Virus record (IMG/VR): IMGVR_UViG_3300037484_000435
Location: 448,001 to 512,000 of that record
Length of the DNA: 64,000 nucleotides
Direction: 5' to 3' (one strand)
Source of the DNA: a virus
Taxonomy: Duplodnaviria > Caudoviricetes
The position numbers were made by a program, and so were the translations under genes. Shown here in pieces: positions 25,978 through 35,680 of this stretch. Within the stretch, counting starts at the first letter, position 1. Every line of letters begins with the position of its first letter. Under the pieces are notes generated by a model. That model saw nothing but the letters and a program-made list of their open reading frames with translations, had not been told where the DNA came from and ran no database searches.

Positions 25978-27131
25978 CCTTTAACTACTCCTATCGGTGT
26001 TAACTTGGTCACAATCTTAACAAGGTCCTTTTGGTTTTCCATCACAGACTCAATATCCTTGTAAGCACCAGCAGCCTCGTCTAAGTCTTTCTCGTGGCGA
26101 ATCCCATGAACAACACCCAGATCATCCAGACGTTTAATTTCGTCCGCAAGATTTAAATTCTTTTTAGCCTGATTACGTCCCATCTTGCGTCCCGCACCGT
26201 GGCTACAACTATAAAAACTGTCGGGATTACCTAATCCCTCTACAATGTAGCTCGATGTCCCTTGGGAGCCTGGGATGATGCCAGCCTGTTTCTCTCGGGC
26301 AGAGGTCGCCCCCTTGCGATGTATATAAAGTTCCTTTCCGCCTATCTTTTCCAGCGATGCATAGTTATGTGCTATGTTGATGGGTTCTTGGAACTTCACC
26401 GGAGCGATTACTTCGAGAATGGCTGCCTCTACTTGATCTGCCATGACCTGTCGGTTCTGAAGGGCAAAGTCCACAGCATACTGCATTTCCAGAAGATACA
26501 GGTCGAAGTTAGGGTCTCCTTGCTCGAAGAATGCAAGGTCCCAACTTGGAGGTATGGGGTAGCCAGCCTTTTGGTTCTGGTCTTTAGCAATCTTATTATA
26601 GTGATCTGCGATCTGTTTTCCAAGATTTCGAGAACCTGAGTGGATCATATACCAGACATAACCATCTGAATCTACTTGTAATTCGAGGAAGTGGTTTCCA
26701 CCGCCTAAAGTACCTAATTGCACAGTAGCCTTTGGAAGCTCATGCTTGATAACAGGTAACTTATCAGGTGGTTTGTTTAACGGAGCAACACTGCTTTTGT
26801 GCCAATTGAATCCTACGGGCACACGCTGGCGAATGTTACCCATGACCGCTTTTACCTGATCACGTGTTATCTCTGTTATGCCTGTCTTGCACGCAAGCAT
26901 TCCACATCCAATATCAACCCCCACGGCATTCGGAATTACGACATTATCTAAAGCAATAACTCCACCTATTGGCATCCCAAAACCTTGGTGGGCATCGCTC
27001 ATGACCGCCACATGGTCAAATGCGAAGGGCAATTGGGCGAGGTTATCCACTTGAGTTCTGGCTCCTAGTTCTAGGTCAGGGCACCAACTGAAAACGGGAA
27101 CCCGATAAGTTTCTTTCTTGAATATATCCAC
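25974..27131 (-). CDS. rtcB: RNA-splicing ligase RtcB
   Basis: DAHQGFGMPIG, VGVDIGCG, GTLGGGNHF, HSGSR, HRKGA, SCSHGAGR, DEAAGAYK motifs; no intein. Confidence 0.97.
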   Translation of the reverse strand: MDIFKKETYRVPVFSWCPDLELGARTQVDNLAQLPFAFDHVAVMSDAHQGFGMPIGGVIALDNVVIPNAVGVDIGCGMLACKTGITEITRDQVKAVMGNIRQRVPVGFNWHKSSVAPLNKPPDKLPVIKHELPKATVQLGTLGGGNHFLELQVDSDGYVWYMIHSGSRNLGKQIADHYNKIAKDQNQKAGYPIPPSWDLAFFEQGDPNFDLYLLEMQYAVDFALQNRQVMADQVEAAILEVIAPVKFQEPINIAHNYASLEKIGGKELYIHRKGATSAREKQAGIIPGSQGTSSYIVEGLGNPDSFYSCSHGAGRKMGRNQAKKNLNLADEIKRLDDLGVVHGIRHEKDLDEAAGAYKDIESVMENQKDLVKIVTKLTPIGVVKG

Positions 27132-27141
27132 TATAACTCCT

Positions 27142-27894
27142 TTATAGACAGCAAGTTTCCCAATTAAGCATACGATCTAGTTTACAGAGTATCTCATCTG
27201 GAGAATTCTTATACTCTTCCTCCCAAACAATATACACACTATGCCCTAGCTCGTAAAGTTTATGCAACCTCTTTTCATCTCTTTGCCATATATCCTTAGC
27301 AAGGGTATTGTGGCCAGCGATATCGTTGGGCCCGTACATTCGTGGGTTCGCATGCCAAAAGTTTCCATAGAACTCTACGACAACGAGGTCATCCACAGTG
27401 ATAATATCAGGGAACAGCCACGCGTTTTTGTATCTGAGCGTTTTTTGCGTGATGTCTGGGTATAGGGCCGAGAGCTCGTCAAAGAACTTTTGTTCTATTT
27501 TGCTCCGATTACAAGAATAACTGTTTTTTGTTATTACCCCATCTTTCCAGTTTTTTGCCATACTTATACTACGAATGTCACGTTGTTCTGGATTCTGAGC
27601 ATACCATTCCTTAATCCTTTCTGACTGCTCTTCTTTAAACTTTTGCGGTCGCGGTTTAGAAACTGCATTTATCGTATAGGCACGATAGTCTGGATCCTGC
27701 CATCGCTGAGCTGTAGCTTTTCGCCTCCCCTCGTTTCCCTTCTCTATGTTTTCTTTAATGTGATGTTTCCCGTAAAAGGGATTATTTGCACCAGTACGGT
27801 CACGGTGGAGGTTACAATAACCTGATTTATTTTTATCTGACACACGTGCACCACATACTGGGCACGCCCTTCCTAATTTAAATGTTAATGTCAT
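27142..27894 (-). CDS. NUMOD3 + Vsr/DUF559-type homing endonuclease
   Basis: GANNPFYGKHH (NUMOD3-like) and C-terminal FPD...VVEFYGNFWH...D......LG..V..VWE. Confidence 0.8.
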   Translation of the reverse strand: MTLTFKLGRACPVCGARVSDKNKSGYCNLHRDRTGANNPFYGKHHIKENIEKGNEGRRKATAQRWQDPDYRAYTINAVSKPRPQKFKEEQSERIKEWYAQNPEQRDIRSISMAKNWKDGVITKNSYSCNRSKIEQKFFDELSALYPDITQKTLRYKNAWLFPDIITVDDLVVVEFYGNFWHANPRMYGPNDIAGHNTLAKDIWQRDEKRLHKLYELGHSVYIVWEEEYKNSPDEILCKLDRMLNWETCCL

Positions 27895-28005
27895 TGTCTT
27901 TACTTATAAATTACCTCATACCTGACTCTCCTTTCTTTGAGTCTGAATTTTTATACATATGCAACCACTACATTATGTAGATGGCTACCCAATTTTTGTT
28001 TGAAA

Positions 28006-28422
28006 TCACTCAAACACAGGGGTCTTCCTGACCTCATCCCGTGTTTTGTTGGTGTGTTCTCGCTTGCCACATAATTTGCATTTCCGATACCACCCACCAA
28101 AGGCACTGTCGGTATCACGGGAGGGGTCTAACCAACGGTGATTACACCTATTATGCATTTCCTCTTTGTCATACACAACCTCAGCCCAACCGTGTTCTGG
28201 GTCCCACGTGTGCCACGTAACATCTAGACGCATTTGCAAGAGATACTCAGGCATGTCTTCTTTCTTTTCATATACACTCTCAACATTCCACCCATCTAGC
28301 TCTCGAATAAAATCTTCGAAGCCTTCTTTGGTATAGTTGCGGAATGTTGTTGTATCGTAGACTTCCCAAGACTCGTCGCGGTGGTAGTAGTCGTCATAAG
28401 GATTGTAGATGACTATATACAT
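28006..28422 (-). CDS. Hypothetical protein
   Basis: Packed operon ORF; C-terminal CxxC. Confidence 0.7.
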   Translation of the reverse strand: MYIVIYNPYDDYYHRDESWEVYDTTTFRNYTKEGFEDFIRELDGWNVESVYEKKEDMPEYLLQMRLDVTWHTWDPEHGWAEVVYDKEEMHNRCNHRWLDPSRDTDSAFGGWYRKCKLCGKREHTNKTRDEVRKTPVFE

Positions 28423-28425
28423 GAC

Positions 28426-28674
28426 CTACGTTCCCTCACTGAATGCTTCCTCGTGTTGTTTGAACCAAGCAATATCCGCCGCAAGTACACGGACGGTTTC
28501 TTCATGTAGCCAAACGATGGCAGAGTACTCGGTGGTAAATTGCTCGTTTATGTTAAAGTGTGGAGTATGTATTAGGATGGTGTTGTCTTTCTCAACCACC
28601 CTAAGAGGGATACTGGTCAAGAGTGTGTAGGCAGAAGCGAGTCTGCCTATGCGTGCATGGTCTGTAATTAACAT
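28426..28674 (-). CDS. Hypothetical protein
   Basis: Packed operon ORF. Confidence 0.6.
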   Translation of the reverse strand: MLITDHARIGRLASAYTLLTSIPLRVVEKDNTILIHTPHFNINEQFTTEYSAIVWLHEETVRVLAADIAWFKQHEEAFSEGT

Positions 28675-28719
28675 GTGATAGGGCGGGCAGGCATCCGTAG
28701 ACGCCCACCCTTTCCTTTC

Positions 28720-29187
28720 TTAAGACTTGTATTTCTTGAGTTCGGTCTTCAGCCACTCATACAGTTCTTTGAACTCATCTGTGGCACAAGACATTGTTGT
28801 TCTGACACGAACCTCTTCTCGTAGCTCTTCAAGTTGTTCTAGTTCTGGATAGAGCAGTTTCTTCGCTTCTATCCTCGCTTTCTCCAAAGCGGTTCCGTGT
28901 CGACTTTCATAGTAATAGTGATCACGTGAGCACTTATTACCGTTGTAAGGGGCCATCTTGGCGTCAATATCTTCCAATTCTTTTTCGAGACGCACTTTCT
29001 TATCATAGAGGTCAACGGCCCCTAAAAGTTTCCAAGCTTCTCGCTCTTGTGCAACTCGGTCTACATTGGATTGGGCCTCATCAATGTGCTTGCCCACCAT
29101 ACGGACCAACATCTCTCGTTGCTCCTCCATGTACTTTACGCCAAACGATCTCTTCGACACTGTAACATTAGTTGTGCTATCCGCCAT
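28720..29187 (-). CDS. Coiled-coil hypothetical protein
   Basis: Start moved to ATG 29187 (AGGGA RBS). Confidence 0.7.
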   Translation of the reverse strand: MADSTTNVTVSKRSFGVKYMEEQREMLVRMVGKHIDEAQSNVDRVAQEREAWKLLGAVDLYDKKVRLEKELEDIDAKMAPYNGNKCSRDHYYYESRHGTALEKARIEAKKLLYPELEQLEELREEVRVRTTMSCATDEFKELYEWLKTELKKYKS

Positions 29188-29377
29188 AATTCCCTTGCTT
29201 TGATGCGTAACGCATCTCCCTGTAGTAATCAAAGAACGCTTCTGCGTCCTCATGTTTCGCTGGGGCGGCATCGCCCCGATAAAGGGCTCCTGCCCCTTGG
29301 CACACTTCACATACTCCACCTTTAGGGTCCCACCCACTGCCGCGACATACTGTGCATACTCTAATCTTGTCGTACAT
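29177..29377 (-). CDS. Small protein with DnaJ-type CxxCxGxG repeats
   Basis: CTVCRGSG...CEVCQGAG; GGAG RBS. Confidence 0.7.
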   Translation of the reverse strand: MYDKIRVCTVCRGSGWDPKGGVCEVCQGAGALYRGDAAPAKHEDAEAFFDYYREMRYASKQGNYGG

Positions 29378-29415
29378 TGGTTTTTCTCCTTTTTCTTTCG
29401 GTTGAGTAGGTTAAA

Positions 29416-29772
29416 TTAACACCATAACGAGGCCAGCCACCAATTGGCTTCCTCCTTCTCCAGTCCCATATAAACTTTTGCTTTTTGTAGTTTTTCAGCC
29501 CACGCGGGCGTTACTTCCAGTGAGGTAATAATCTCGGGGCCACCTCTGTATGCAGTTGTTACTGAATCCTTTATTGCCAGTATATACATTGCGTAATCAC
29601 ACGAGCAATGAATTTCTAAGGTGCACCCAAATTTTTCTTCCAGCATATCTATGAGTGCATACTTATCAAAGTAACCATCTCCATCAATATGTTCTGGGAA
29701 CCTACTTTTGTAGTCAAAGTCTTCGTCCATGGATATGCCATAACAAAGTATAGCGTCTGTTGATTGGCCCAT
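29416..29772 (-). CDS. Conserved phage hypothetical protein
   Basis: MGQSTDAILCYG N-terminus; RBS. Confidence 0.75.
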   Translation of the reverse strand: MGQSTDAILCYGISMDEDFDYKSRFPEHIDGDGYFDKYALIDMLEEKFGCTLEIHCSCDYAMYILAIKDSVTTAYRGGPEIITSLEVTPAWAEKLQKAKVYMGLEKEEANWWLASLWC

Positions 29773-29773
29773 T

Positions 29774-30094
29774 TTACTCCTGTGTTGCGTAATTAACTAC
29801 AATACCCATAGGACCATCCTCAAATTTGCAGAACCAGAACCCCTTTATCTCGTGGTCTGGGGGACACCCGAATTCGGTATTAAGGAGTTGTGCTCCCAAC
29901 CAAGACTCGAACGTGATAATGCTTCTCTCGGTCTGTAATTTGCTGTAATCATCAACCCACGGTTTAAAGCAATCAGAGCAAATACGTTTACCCTTCTTTA
30001 CTTCATTGTCTAAACGAATGACTACTGGATGGCCCCCCACTATTTGTTTCTTGCACAGAGGACACCTCGTGTTATAATCACCTATATATTTCAC
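29774..30094 (-). CDS. Hypothetical protein (CxxC x2)
   Basis: Packed operon ORF. Confidence 0.7.
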   Translation of the reverse strand: MKYIGDYNTRCPLCKKQIVGGHPVVIRLDNEVKKGKRICSDCFKPWVDDYSKLQTERSIITFESWLGAQLLNTEFGCPPDHEIKGFWFCKFEDGPMGIVVNYATQE

Positions 30095-30345
30095 TTACCA
30101 TCCTCGTAGTCGTCGTCTTCAAAATCCTCAGAGTCGATGTTCTCCATGTTTTCCTGTAGCTCTTCAAGTCTTTCAATTAAGCGACTACCAGCTTCTTGCA
30201 ATTCCACGCCCGCATCCTCAATCTCATCCAGTTTACGGACGTAGTCTTCCAGACTGTCTAGGTCGTCGCCTCCTATGTGGTATGCATCCAATTCACCACT
30301 TAATTCAATTATTCGTTCCTGCAGTTTATCCAATTGTTTTAACAT
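30091..30345 (-). CDS. Acidic coiled-coil hypothetical protein
   Basis: Very D/E-rich. Confidence 0.7.
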   Translation of the reverse strand: MLKQLDKLQERIIELSGELDAYHIGGDDLDSLEDYVRKLDEIEDAGVELQEAGSRLIERLEELQENMENIDSEDFEDDDYEDGK

Positions 30346-30524
30346 ATATCATATTGCTCCTTCAATACACGCCTCGCTTTCCTACAAGCTTTACGGCTGA
30401 TTTCTTTGCGTGCATCACCGTGGCTACCAGGTTTGCAATGCAATATCATCTGCTCCACTACATAGGCACGCGTTTTAACTTTTTTCCTTTTCTTGGCTCT
30501 CATTACGTCCTCCCGCATGCCCAC
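30339..30524 (-). CDS. Small basic protein
   Basis: Packed operon ORF. Confidence 0.55.
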   Translation of the reverse strand: MGMREDVMRAKKRKKVKTRAYVVEQMILHCKPGSHGDARKEISRKACRKARRVLKEQYDIC

Positions 30525-30537
30525 ATTAGTAGGGCAG

Positions 30538-30795
30538 TTAAATTGAAATTTTCATACTACTGAGGCAGGGTCTAAGTTCGTCTGCCTTTACTCTGACCGC
30601 ACACACAAAAGCAACAACATCATCTTGGTAGTCCATGTCTGGGTCATAGTGGTTAAAGTCAACATTTGTCTCATAGATAGCTTGGCTTATTTCAGGAGAA
30701 AAAATCATTTCATACTTTGTTTTCCATGAGGCGTCTGACTCGAAAATTATAACAGCCTTGTCCACAAGGCTAACAAACTTTTGAAACCTTTCCAC
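30538..30795 (-). CDS. Hypothetical protein
   Basis: Packed operon ORF. Confidence 0.7.
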   Translation of the reverse strand: MERFQKFVSLVDKAVIIFESDASWKTKYEMIFSPEISQAIYETNVDFNHYDPDMDYQDDVVAFVCAVRVKADELRPCLSSMKISI

Positions 30796-30830
30796 AGCTC
30801 TGTTCCTTTCGTGAATTTCTTAGTGTTTCA

Positions 30831-31832
30831 TCAATCCAATACTCGGTCTGCCATTTCCAAAACACTTTCTTTAGTCTTCGCTCGTGCTTGAAAGCGGGCA
30901 CGATGACAAAAAACAGCGTCAGGTAGACCAGTAATCCTTGCAAACTCTGGACCTTCTTTGCCCGCCCAATCAACGGGGAGCAATTTCTTTGATGCAAACC
31001 TATCCCCTGACTCAGGAACAGATTGAATAACCCAGTTGTTTGCGGATTCATCAAAGAATACTACAAACAGAATTTCTGGGTATCTAGCAACAGTTTCCCC
31101 CCACATAGCATGTCGCTTAAGTATAAGTAATCTTGGGTCATTTTGCCTAGATGTCTCAATAGCACGCATTACTAGGTCTTGGTCAGTAACCCAGTAACGG
31201 GCCTTCTCAATCTCCCGAGTTAATATGCCTTGAGCTTGTTCTACTGTTTCCATAAATTGTTTATAGAGTATAGCGTCTATCTCGTTTTGAGATTTTCCTA
31301 CAAATGAAGCAGAGGGTGAGATGAACCCTGCGATAAAAGATTGCAGGTCGTATACTCGGTAAGGGGTGTGCGGTGTGTAAGTATCGGTTCCACAGTCAAC
31401 CGCGTCGATACTAGATAGAAGCTTATCATCTATCCTATTGAAAATTTTTTCATCCCCCACAAATTCTGGCCAGAAATGCTTCCCGACCAAGCCTACAGAG
31501 GCGTAAGGCCTACCGTCAGGGCGGGCCAAAGTAAAGTCGGGCATGTGATGATCGAAATCGGTTGGTGGGGCATATTTCATCCCTACATCTACTCGTATAT
31601 CGGCTGTCTGTAATAATTCTTTATCCCGAGTACGAATAACATCAGATTGCGGGTGCACTAGCAAAATTATAGCAACCGCAAAAATATCATCGGCGTGTGG
31701 TGTGCCGTTATGTGTAGCAATTAAAGTCAAAGGTGTATCCATCTGTTTAAATTTGGCTAAAGCTAGTCCTAATACAAGACCGATCCCGATTAGGACTAGC
31801 ACCGACGTAATCTTCTCAATTGTTTGTTTCAT
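30831..31832 (-). CDS. MYG1 family (DHH) 3'-5' RNA exonuclease
   Basis: THNG..HADD, RTRD, VDVG..Y, DHH, G..DAVFCH...F motifs; hydrophobic N-terminus. Confidence 0.9.
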   Translation of the reverse strand: MKQTIEKITSVLVLIGIGLVLGLALAKFKQMDTPLTLIATHNGTPHADDIFAVAIILLVHPQSDVIRTRDKELLQTADIRVDVGMKYAPPTDFDHHMPDFTLARPDGRPYASVGLVGKHFWPEFVGDEKIFNRIDDKLLSSIDAVDCGTDTYTPHTPYRVYDLQSFIAGFISPSASFVGKSQNEIDAILYKQFMETVEQAQGILTREIEKARYWVTDQDLVMRAIETSRQNDPRLLILKRHAMWGETVARYPEILFVVFFDESANNWVIQSVPESGDRFASKKLLPVDWAGKEGPEFARITGLPDAVFCHRARFQARAKTKESVLEMADRVLD

Positions 31833-33367
31833 TACTCCTCTGGGAGGTTTAGAAGGGTTTCTTGGTTGTCCATCACGTAACGTTCTAGCACTTCAGGGTC
31901 ATTCTCAATAACCTCGCCGGTCACTAGATCGAATAAGTGGTTCAAAACCTTTCCAACCGTTCGGCTAGGCTTGACACTTAACAGTCGCATAACGTCATGC
32001 CCATTGAGCAATACGTCTTTAACTGTACGTGCGGACCTTTCTTGTTCTAAATAGGACAACACTTTTGTACGGATGTTGGCCCCTCGTTCTACCACTTCCC
32101 ACATAGGTTCAGCATCTTCTCTACCCAGTGGATAATCTAACCATAGTTCTCGGCCTAGAGTATCTGCCAAGAAAAGCATCATGGACCTATCAACCATATC
32201 CATGTCAAAATTACTTACGCCTATGTGCCTCAACCTGCGAGACATACGCATTTTGTCAGCAGAAAAAGTATGCATGTGTCCACCAATCAGATGTTTAACC
32301 TGATCCATGTCCACATCATATTTATCTGTGGGGCCATAAAGTTTTAGACGAGGGCAGATATGATCATCCAGTATTCGTACCCCTTCAGCATCGTGGCCGT
32401 GAAAAGAATAGCCATATTCTCTGAGTTGGCGGTCGCGATCATTGTCATTGTCCAGTCCCAAAGTTTTGACATCTTGTGTTACTCCTTTTCCTACATCATG
32501 AAATACAGCGGTTACTCGGTCAGTCAGATCGCCACCCATACGGACGACGTTATCTAACACCATAAGGGTATGCCCTCCCACACATTCAGAGTGCCATACG
32601 TTTTGAGGCATATCAAAGAGACATGCCAATTCGGGAATCCACATATCCAAAATACCGAGTTCTTGGAGAAATGTCATTCCCAGAGGTGCACGTTCCGTGG
32701 ATAAAGTACCTAGAAATGCATCTCGAAAACGCTCTCCACTGAGATTTCTGACTCTCCGAACTACTTGTGGATTGTTAAGAACATCGAAAACCGCCGTTTC
32801 TGGAACTAAACCATAACGACAGACAAACATAATCCACCGAAGAATGCGGAGAGCATCTTCAAGGATGCGGTCTTCTGCATTCCCAATGAAACGGGCAACC
32901 CCGTCCTCGATGTCTTGGATTCCTCCAACATAATCAATAACTTCTCCTGTCAACGGATCACAAAGTAACCCATTGATGGTTAGGTCACGTCGTTGGACAT
33001 CCCACATGGGACCCATTTCGTTGTCAAATGTAAAGATGGGTTTTACGTCACGGCGATTTTCGCCATGGCCGTGGTCTAGACGTGTAGTGGTCAGTTCAAT
33101 CTTGCAGTTACTCTCATCGTCGATAAGAGTGATTGTGCCATACTGTTCGCCCGTTGGAATAGCTTTGAACCCGAGGTTCTTAGCCTCCTCTGGGCTTCTT
33201 GTATGACACATATCCATATCATTAAAGGATCGACCCATAAGTAGGTCGCGAACTGGGCCACCTACAATATAACCTCGGCCACCCCTTTGTAGGAGGGCAC
33301 GGGCTATTCTCTTAGAGAACCGCACTTCTTCAGTATCAGGTAAAGCTAGTCGAGTAGTCCGTGCCAT
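31832..33367 (-). CDS. cca: Class II tRNA nucleotidyltransferase (CCA-adding) with HD domain
   Basis: GG.VRDLL.G...DMD, RRDLTIN, EDALRILR, ER; HD domain HT...HDVGK. Confidence 0.92.
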   Translation of the reverse strand: MARTTRLALPDTEEVRFSKRIARALLQRGGRGYIVGGPVRDLLMGRSFNDMDMCHTRSPEEAKNLGFKAIPTGEQYGTITLIDDESNCKIELTTTRLDHGHGENRRDVKPIFTFDNEMGPMWDVQRRDLTINGLLCDPLTGEVIDYVGGIQDIEDGVARFIGNAEDRILEDALRILRWIMFVCRYGLVPETAVFDVLNNPQVVRRVRNLSGERFRDAFLGTLSTERAPLGMTFLQELGILDMWIPELACLFDMPQNVWHSECVGGHTLMVLDNVVRMGGDLTDRVTAVFHDVGKGVTQDVKTLGLDNDNDRDRQLREYGYSFHGHDAEGVRILDDHICPRLKLYGPTDKYDVDMDQVKHLIGGHMHTFSADKMRMSRRLRHIGVSNFDMDMVDRSMMLFLADTLGRELWLDYPLGREDAEPMWEVVERGANIRTKVLSYLEQERSARTVKDVLLNGHDVMRLLSVKPSRTVGKVLNHLFDLVTGEVIENDPEVLERYVMDNQETLLNLPEE

Positions 33368-33383
33368 TTTGTCCTCCGTTAGT

Positions 33384-33731
33384 TTAGGCTGATGTATTAC
33401 TCTTGGGCTTGGACCAGTAATACTTAATCAGCTCGATTGCTGTTTCAACATTCAAGAACGCATAATATCGCCACTTAACCCACAGGGGAGTGTTCTCAAA
33501 TTTGAATAAAGCTCTGCGTTTCTCAGGGCCCACCACACGATACACCTCGTAAGATGAAAGTATAGTGTCCCAACTTTGGAAATCTACAAAAAGATTAATT
33601 TTAATATCTCGTGAGTCGTAATTATTGAGAGATTCCTTTGATACTAATTCAAATCCATTTTTCATCAAAATATCTGCTACCCTAACCTTCTCCAATTTAT
33701 AAGGAGATAAGATTGCAGCATACATTGCCAA
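33384..33731 (-). CDS. Hypothetical protein
   Basis: AAGGAGG RBS. Confidence 0.7.
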   Translation of the reverse strand: MAMYAAILSPYKLEKVRVADILMKNGFELVSKESLNNYDSRDIKINLFVDFQSWDTILSSYEVYRVVGPEKRRALFKFENTPLWVKWRYYAFLNVETAIELIKYYWSKPKSNTSA

Positions 33732-33995
33732 ATTAAGTCGCCTCCTTGAATCACATTTTTAATTGTGATTCCAAATTATTGTCCTGCCTTTTAAAAGTAA
33801 TTTACATTTTTCTGGTTTTACATTGCACGGTTCTCCTTTCACGTGGCGAAACGCGATACGAACCTTTATCTAACCTACTCACATATCAATGCGTTGATAT
33901 TATTATCAACACTAACTCGGGTCACCGATTAATTACTAACCTATTATACACATTAGAGTGATGCTTTGAACTAATTCTTAAAAGGAGATTTTTTT

Positions 33996-35105
33996 ATGAA
34001 ATTAACCGTCCCTCTAAAGCTACTAACCGATGGAACTCAATCTAAAATCCTTCACGATACTATTCTGGAGGCTAATAGGGTAAGTAATTTAATCGCGTCT
34101 ATTGCTTGGGAACGGCATACAGTAGGTAAGATTGCTCTACAAAAATTAGTTTACCATGATCTACGTAACAAAACTACTCTGTCATCACAAATGTTAATTC
34201 ATGCGATTCATAAAGTTGCTGATGCTTATCGGATTAACAAAAAGGTTGTTCCCCAGTTTAACCCCAAAGGTTCTATTGCTTATGATGCACGGATACTTAC
34301 CGTTCGGAATGAAAAACAATACATCACAATATGGACAACATTGGGACGCATCAAAGTTGCTTACACGTCAGGCACTAAACAGCTTAAGTTATTAAATCAA
34401 ACTATCAAGATTGGGGAATGTGACCTCATCTTGAGAAATAACCGATGGTACCTACATTGCTCTCTAGAAGTTCCTGAGAAGCACCATCAAAAACCCCAAG
34501 GCATGTTGGGAGTCGATCTCGGAATTAAGAATATTGCGGTAACTTCCGACAATAAGGTTTATTGTGGTGCCCAACTTAACAGTTTACGTAAACGCCACTG
34601 CCGTTTGCGTGCTAAATTGCAATCGAAGGGAACCCGTTCCGCAAAACGGTTGCTACGTAAACGTAGTAAACGTGAATCTCGGATGGCGCGCAACGCTAAT
34701 CACATAATCTCCAAACGTATTGTTGCCACGGCTAAATGCACGAAGCGTAGTATTGCCCTTGAAAATCTTAAAGGCATTACTAAGCGGACTAAGGTTTCTA
34801 AAGCCCAGCGTAATCAGCAACATAGTTGGAGTTTTTACCAACTTAAATCTTTCATTGAATATAAGGCCCGCCTCGTGGGTGTAGAAGTAGTTCTAGTTAA
34901 TCCTAAAAATACTAGCATCACTTGCCCTAAATGTGGCTTAATTCGAAAATCCAATCGTCGTGACCGAGATCACTTCGTTTGTAGACGTAAAGAGTGTGGT
35001 TACGCTGACCATGCTGATTACGTGGCCGCTTTAAACATCGCGTCTAAAGCGGCGGTTGTGGGGCATAGCCCTAACGTCAACCAACCCAACGTTTCGGTGG
35101 CATAA
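33996..35105 (+). CDS. tnpB: TnpB RNA-guided endonuclease
   Basis: RuvC GVDLG / ALENL / ADYVAALN, CPKC...C zinc finger. Confidence 0.95.
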   Translation: MKLTVPLKLLTDGTQSKILHDTILEANRVSNLIASIAWERHTVGKIALQKLVYHDLRNKTTLSSQMLIHAIHKVADAYRINKKVVPQFNPKGSIAYDARILTVRNEKQYITIWTTLGRIKVAYTSGTKQLKLLNQTIKIGECDLILRNNRWYLHCSLEVPEKHHQKPQGMLGVDLGIKNIAVTSDNKVYCGAQLNSLRKRHCRLRAKLQSKGTRSAKRLLRKRSKRESRMARNANHIISKRIVATAKCTKRSIALENLKGITKRTKVSKAQRNQQHSWSFYQLKSFIEYKARLVGVEVVLVNPKNTSITCPKCGLIRKSNRRDRDHFVCRRKECGYADHADYVAALNIASKAAVVGHSPNVNQPNVSVA

Positions 35106-35148
35106 ACCACTAGAGATAAGTTCTGGGCTTTAATCCAGAATAGTTGAC
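35040..35148 (+). ncRNA. TnpB reRNA scaffold / element right end
   Basis: Terminal hairpin TTCTGG-GCTTTAAT-CCAGAA then TAGTTGAC; the guide would start at 35149. Confidence 0.6.
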
Positions 35149-35160
35149 AAATCATTTTAA

Positions 35161-35325
35161 TTAAGATTGATTCTGAGATTTTTCTTTGGGCTTTATATTG
35201 GGCCGTTGACGCACGGACAATTCGCGTCCACAGGATTCACACTTGTAGATGTTTCTTCTACGTGTTCTCCTGTCTAAAACAAACTGACCGCCACAACTTA
35301 AGCACTTCAGTCGATCTATTTCCAT
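35161..35325 (-). CDS. Small zinc-ribbon protein (54 aa, not in track)
   Basis: AGGAGAGG RBS; MEIDRLKCLSCGG...YKCESCGREL. Confidence 0.7.
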   Translation of the reverse strand: MEIDRLKCLSCGGQFVLDRRTRRRNIYKCESCGRELSVRQRPNIKPKEKSQNQS

Positions 35326-35404
35326 CCTCTCCTAATGAGCACATTTATTGTTATTAGGTAATTTTTACATACAATAGATTTACATTGCACCGAGAATTAC
35401 CAAA

Positions 35405-35617
35405 CTCGTTAGGGCCTCTTCGCCAATGTTATAAAGGCTTTTTAGGTAATACACACTACCCCTTACTCTCAGGATTGTTTAATGTATTACAACAGAGCCC
35501 ACCACTAGAGGAGTATGTTGGGGGTGTTATGACCTAAATAACGTAGCTTCGTATGAAGCTGAGGCTAGTCAACCAAGGCAGTTTAGTGCCTCCACCATTG
35601 AGTGGGAGTTAATTGAC
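35405..35617 (-). ncRNA. Orphan IscB-type omegaRNA (HEARO-like), no linked ORF
   Basis: GTCAA...TTGACTAGCC...CGTTATTTAGGTCAT...ACC...CTCC..AGT...AAACA...AAGCCTTTATAAC.TTGGCGA.GAGG..CTAAC, collinear with the omegaRNA at 42898. Confidence 0.85.
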
Positions 35618-35680
35618 TCTACTCCTTTGCTTACCATAGAAATGTGCTACCCAATATAAAAGGCCAGTTAAACTAGCAGA

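Noticed and set aside
25974-27131. Intein in RtcB
   Set aside because: 385 aa contiguous with all motifs; no intein boundaries.
28680-28712. GC hairpins between genes (also about 8925-8955 and 50125-50172)
   Set aside because: Most simply intrinsic terminators or processing stems; nothing unusual beyond that.
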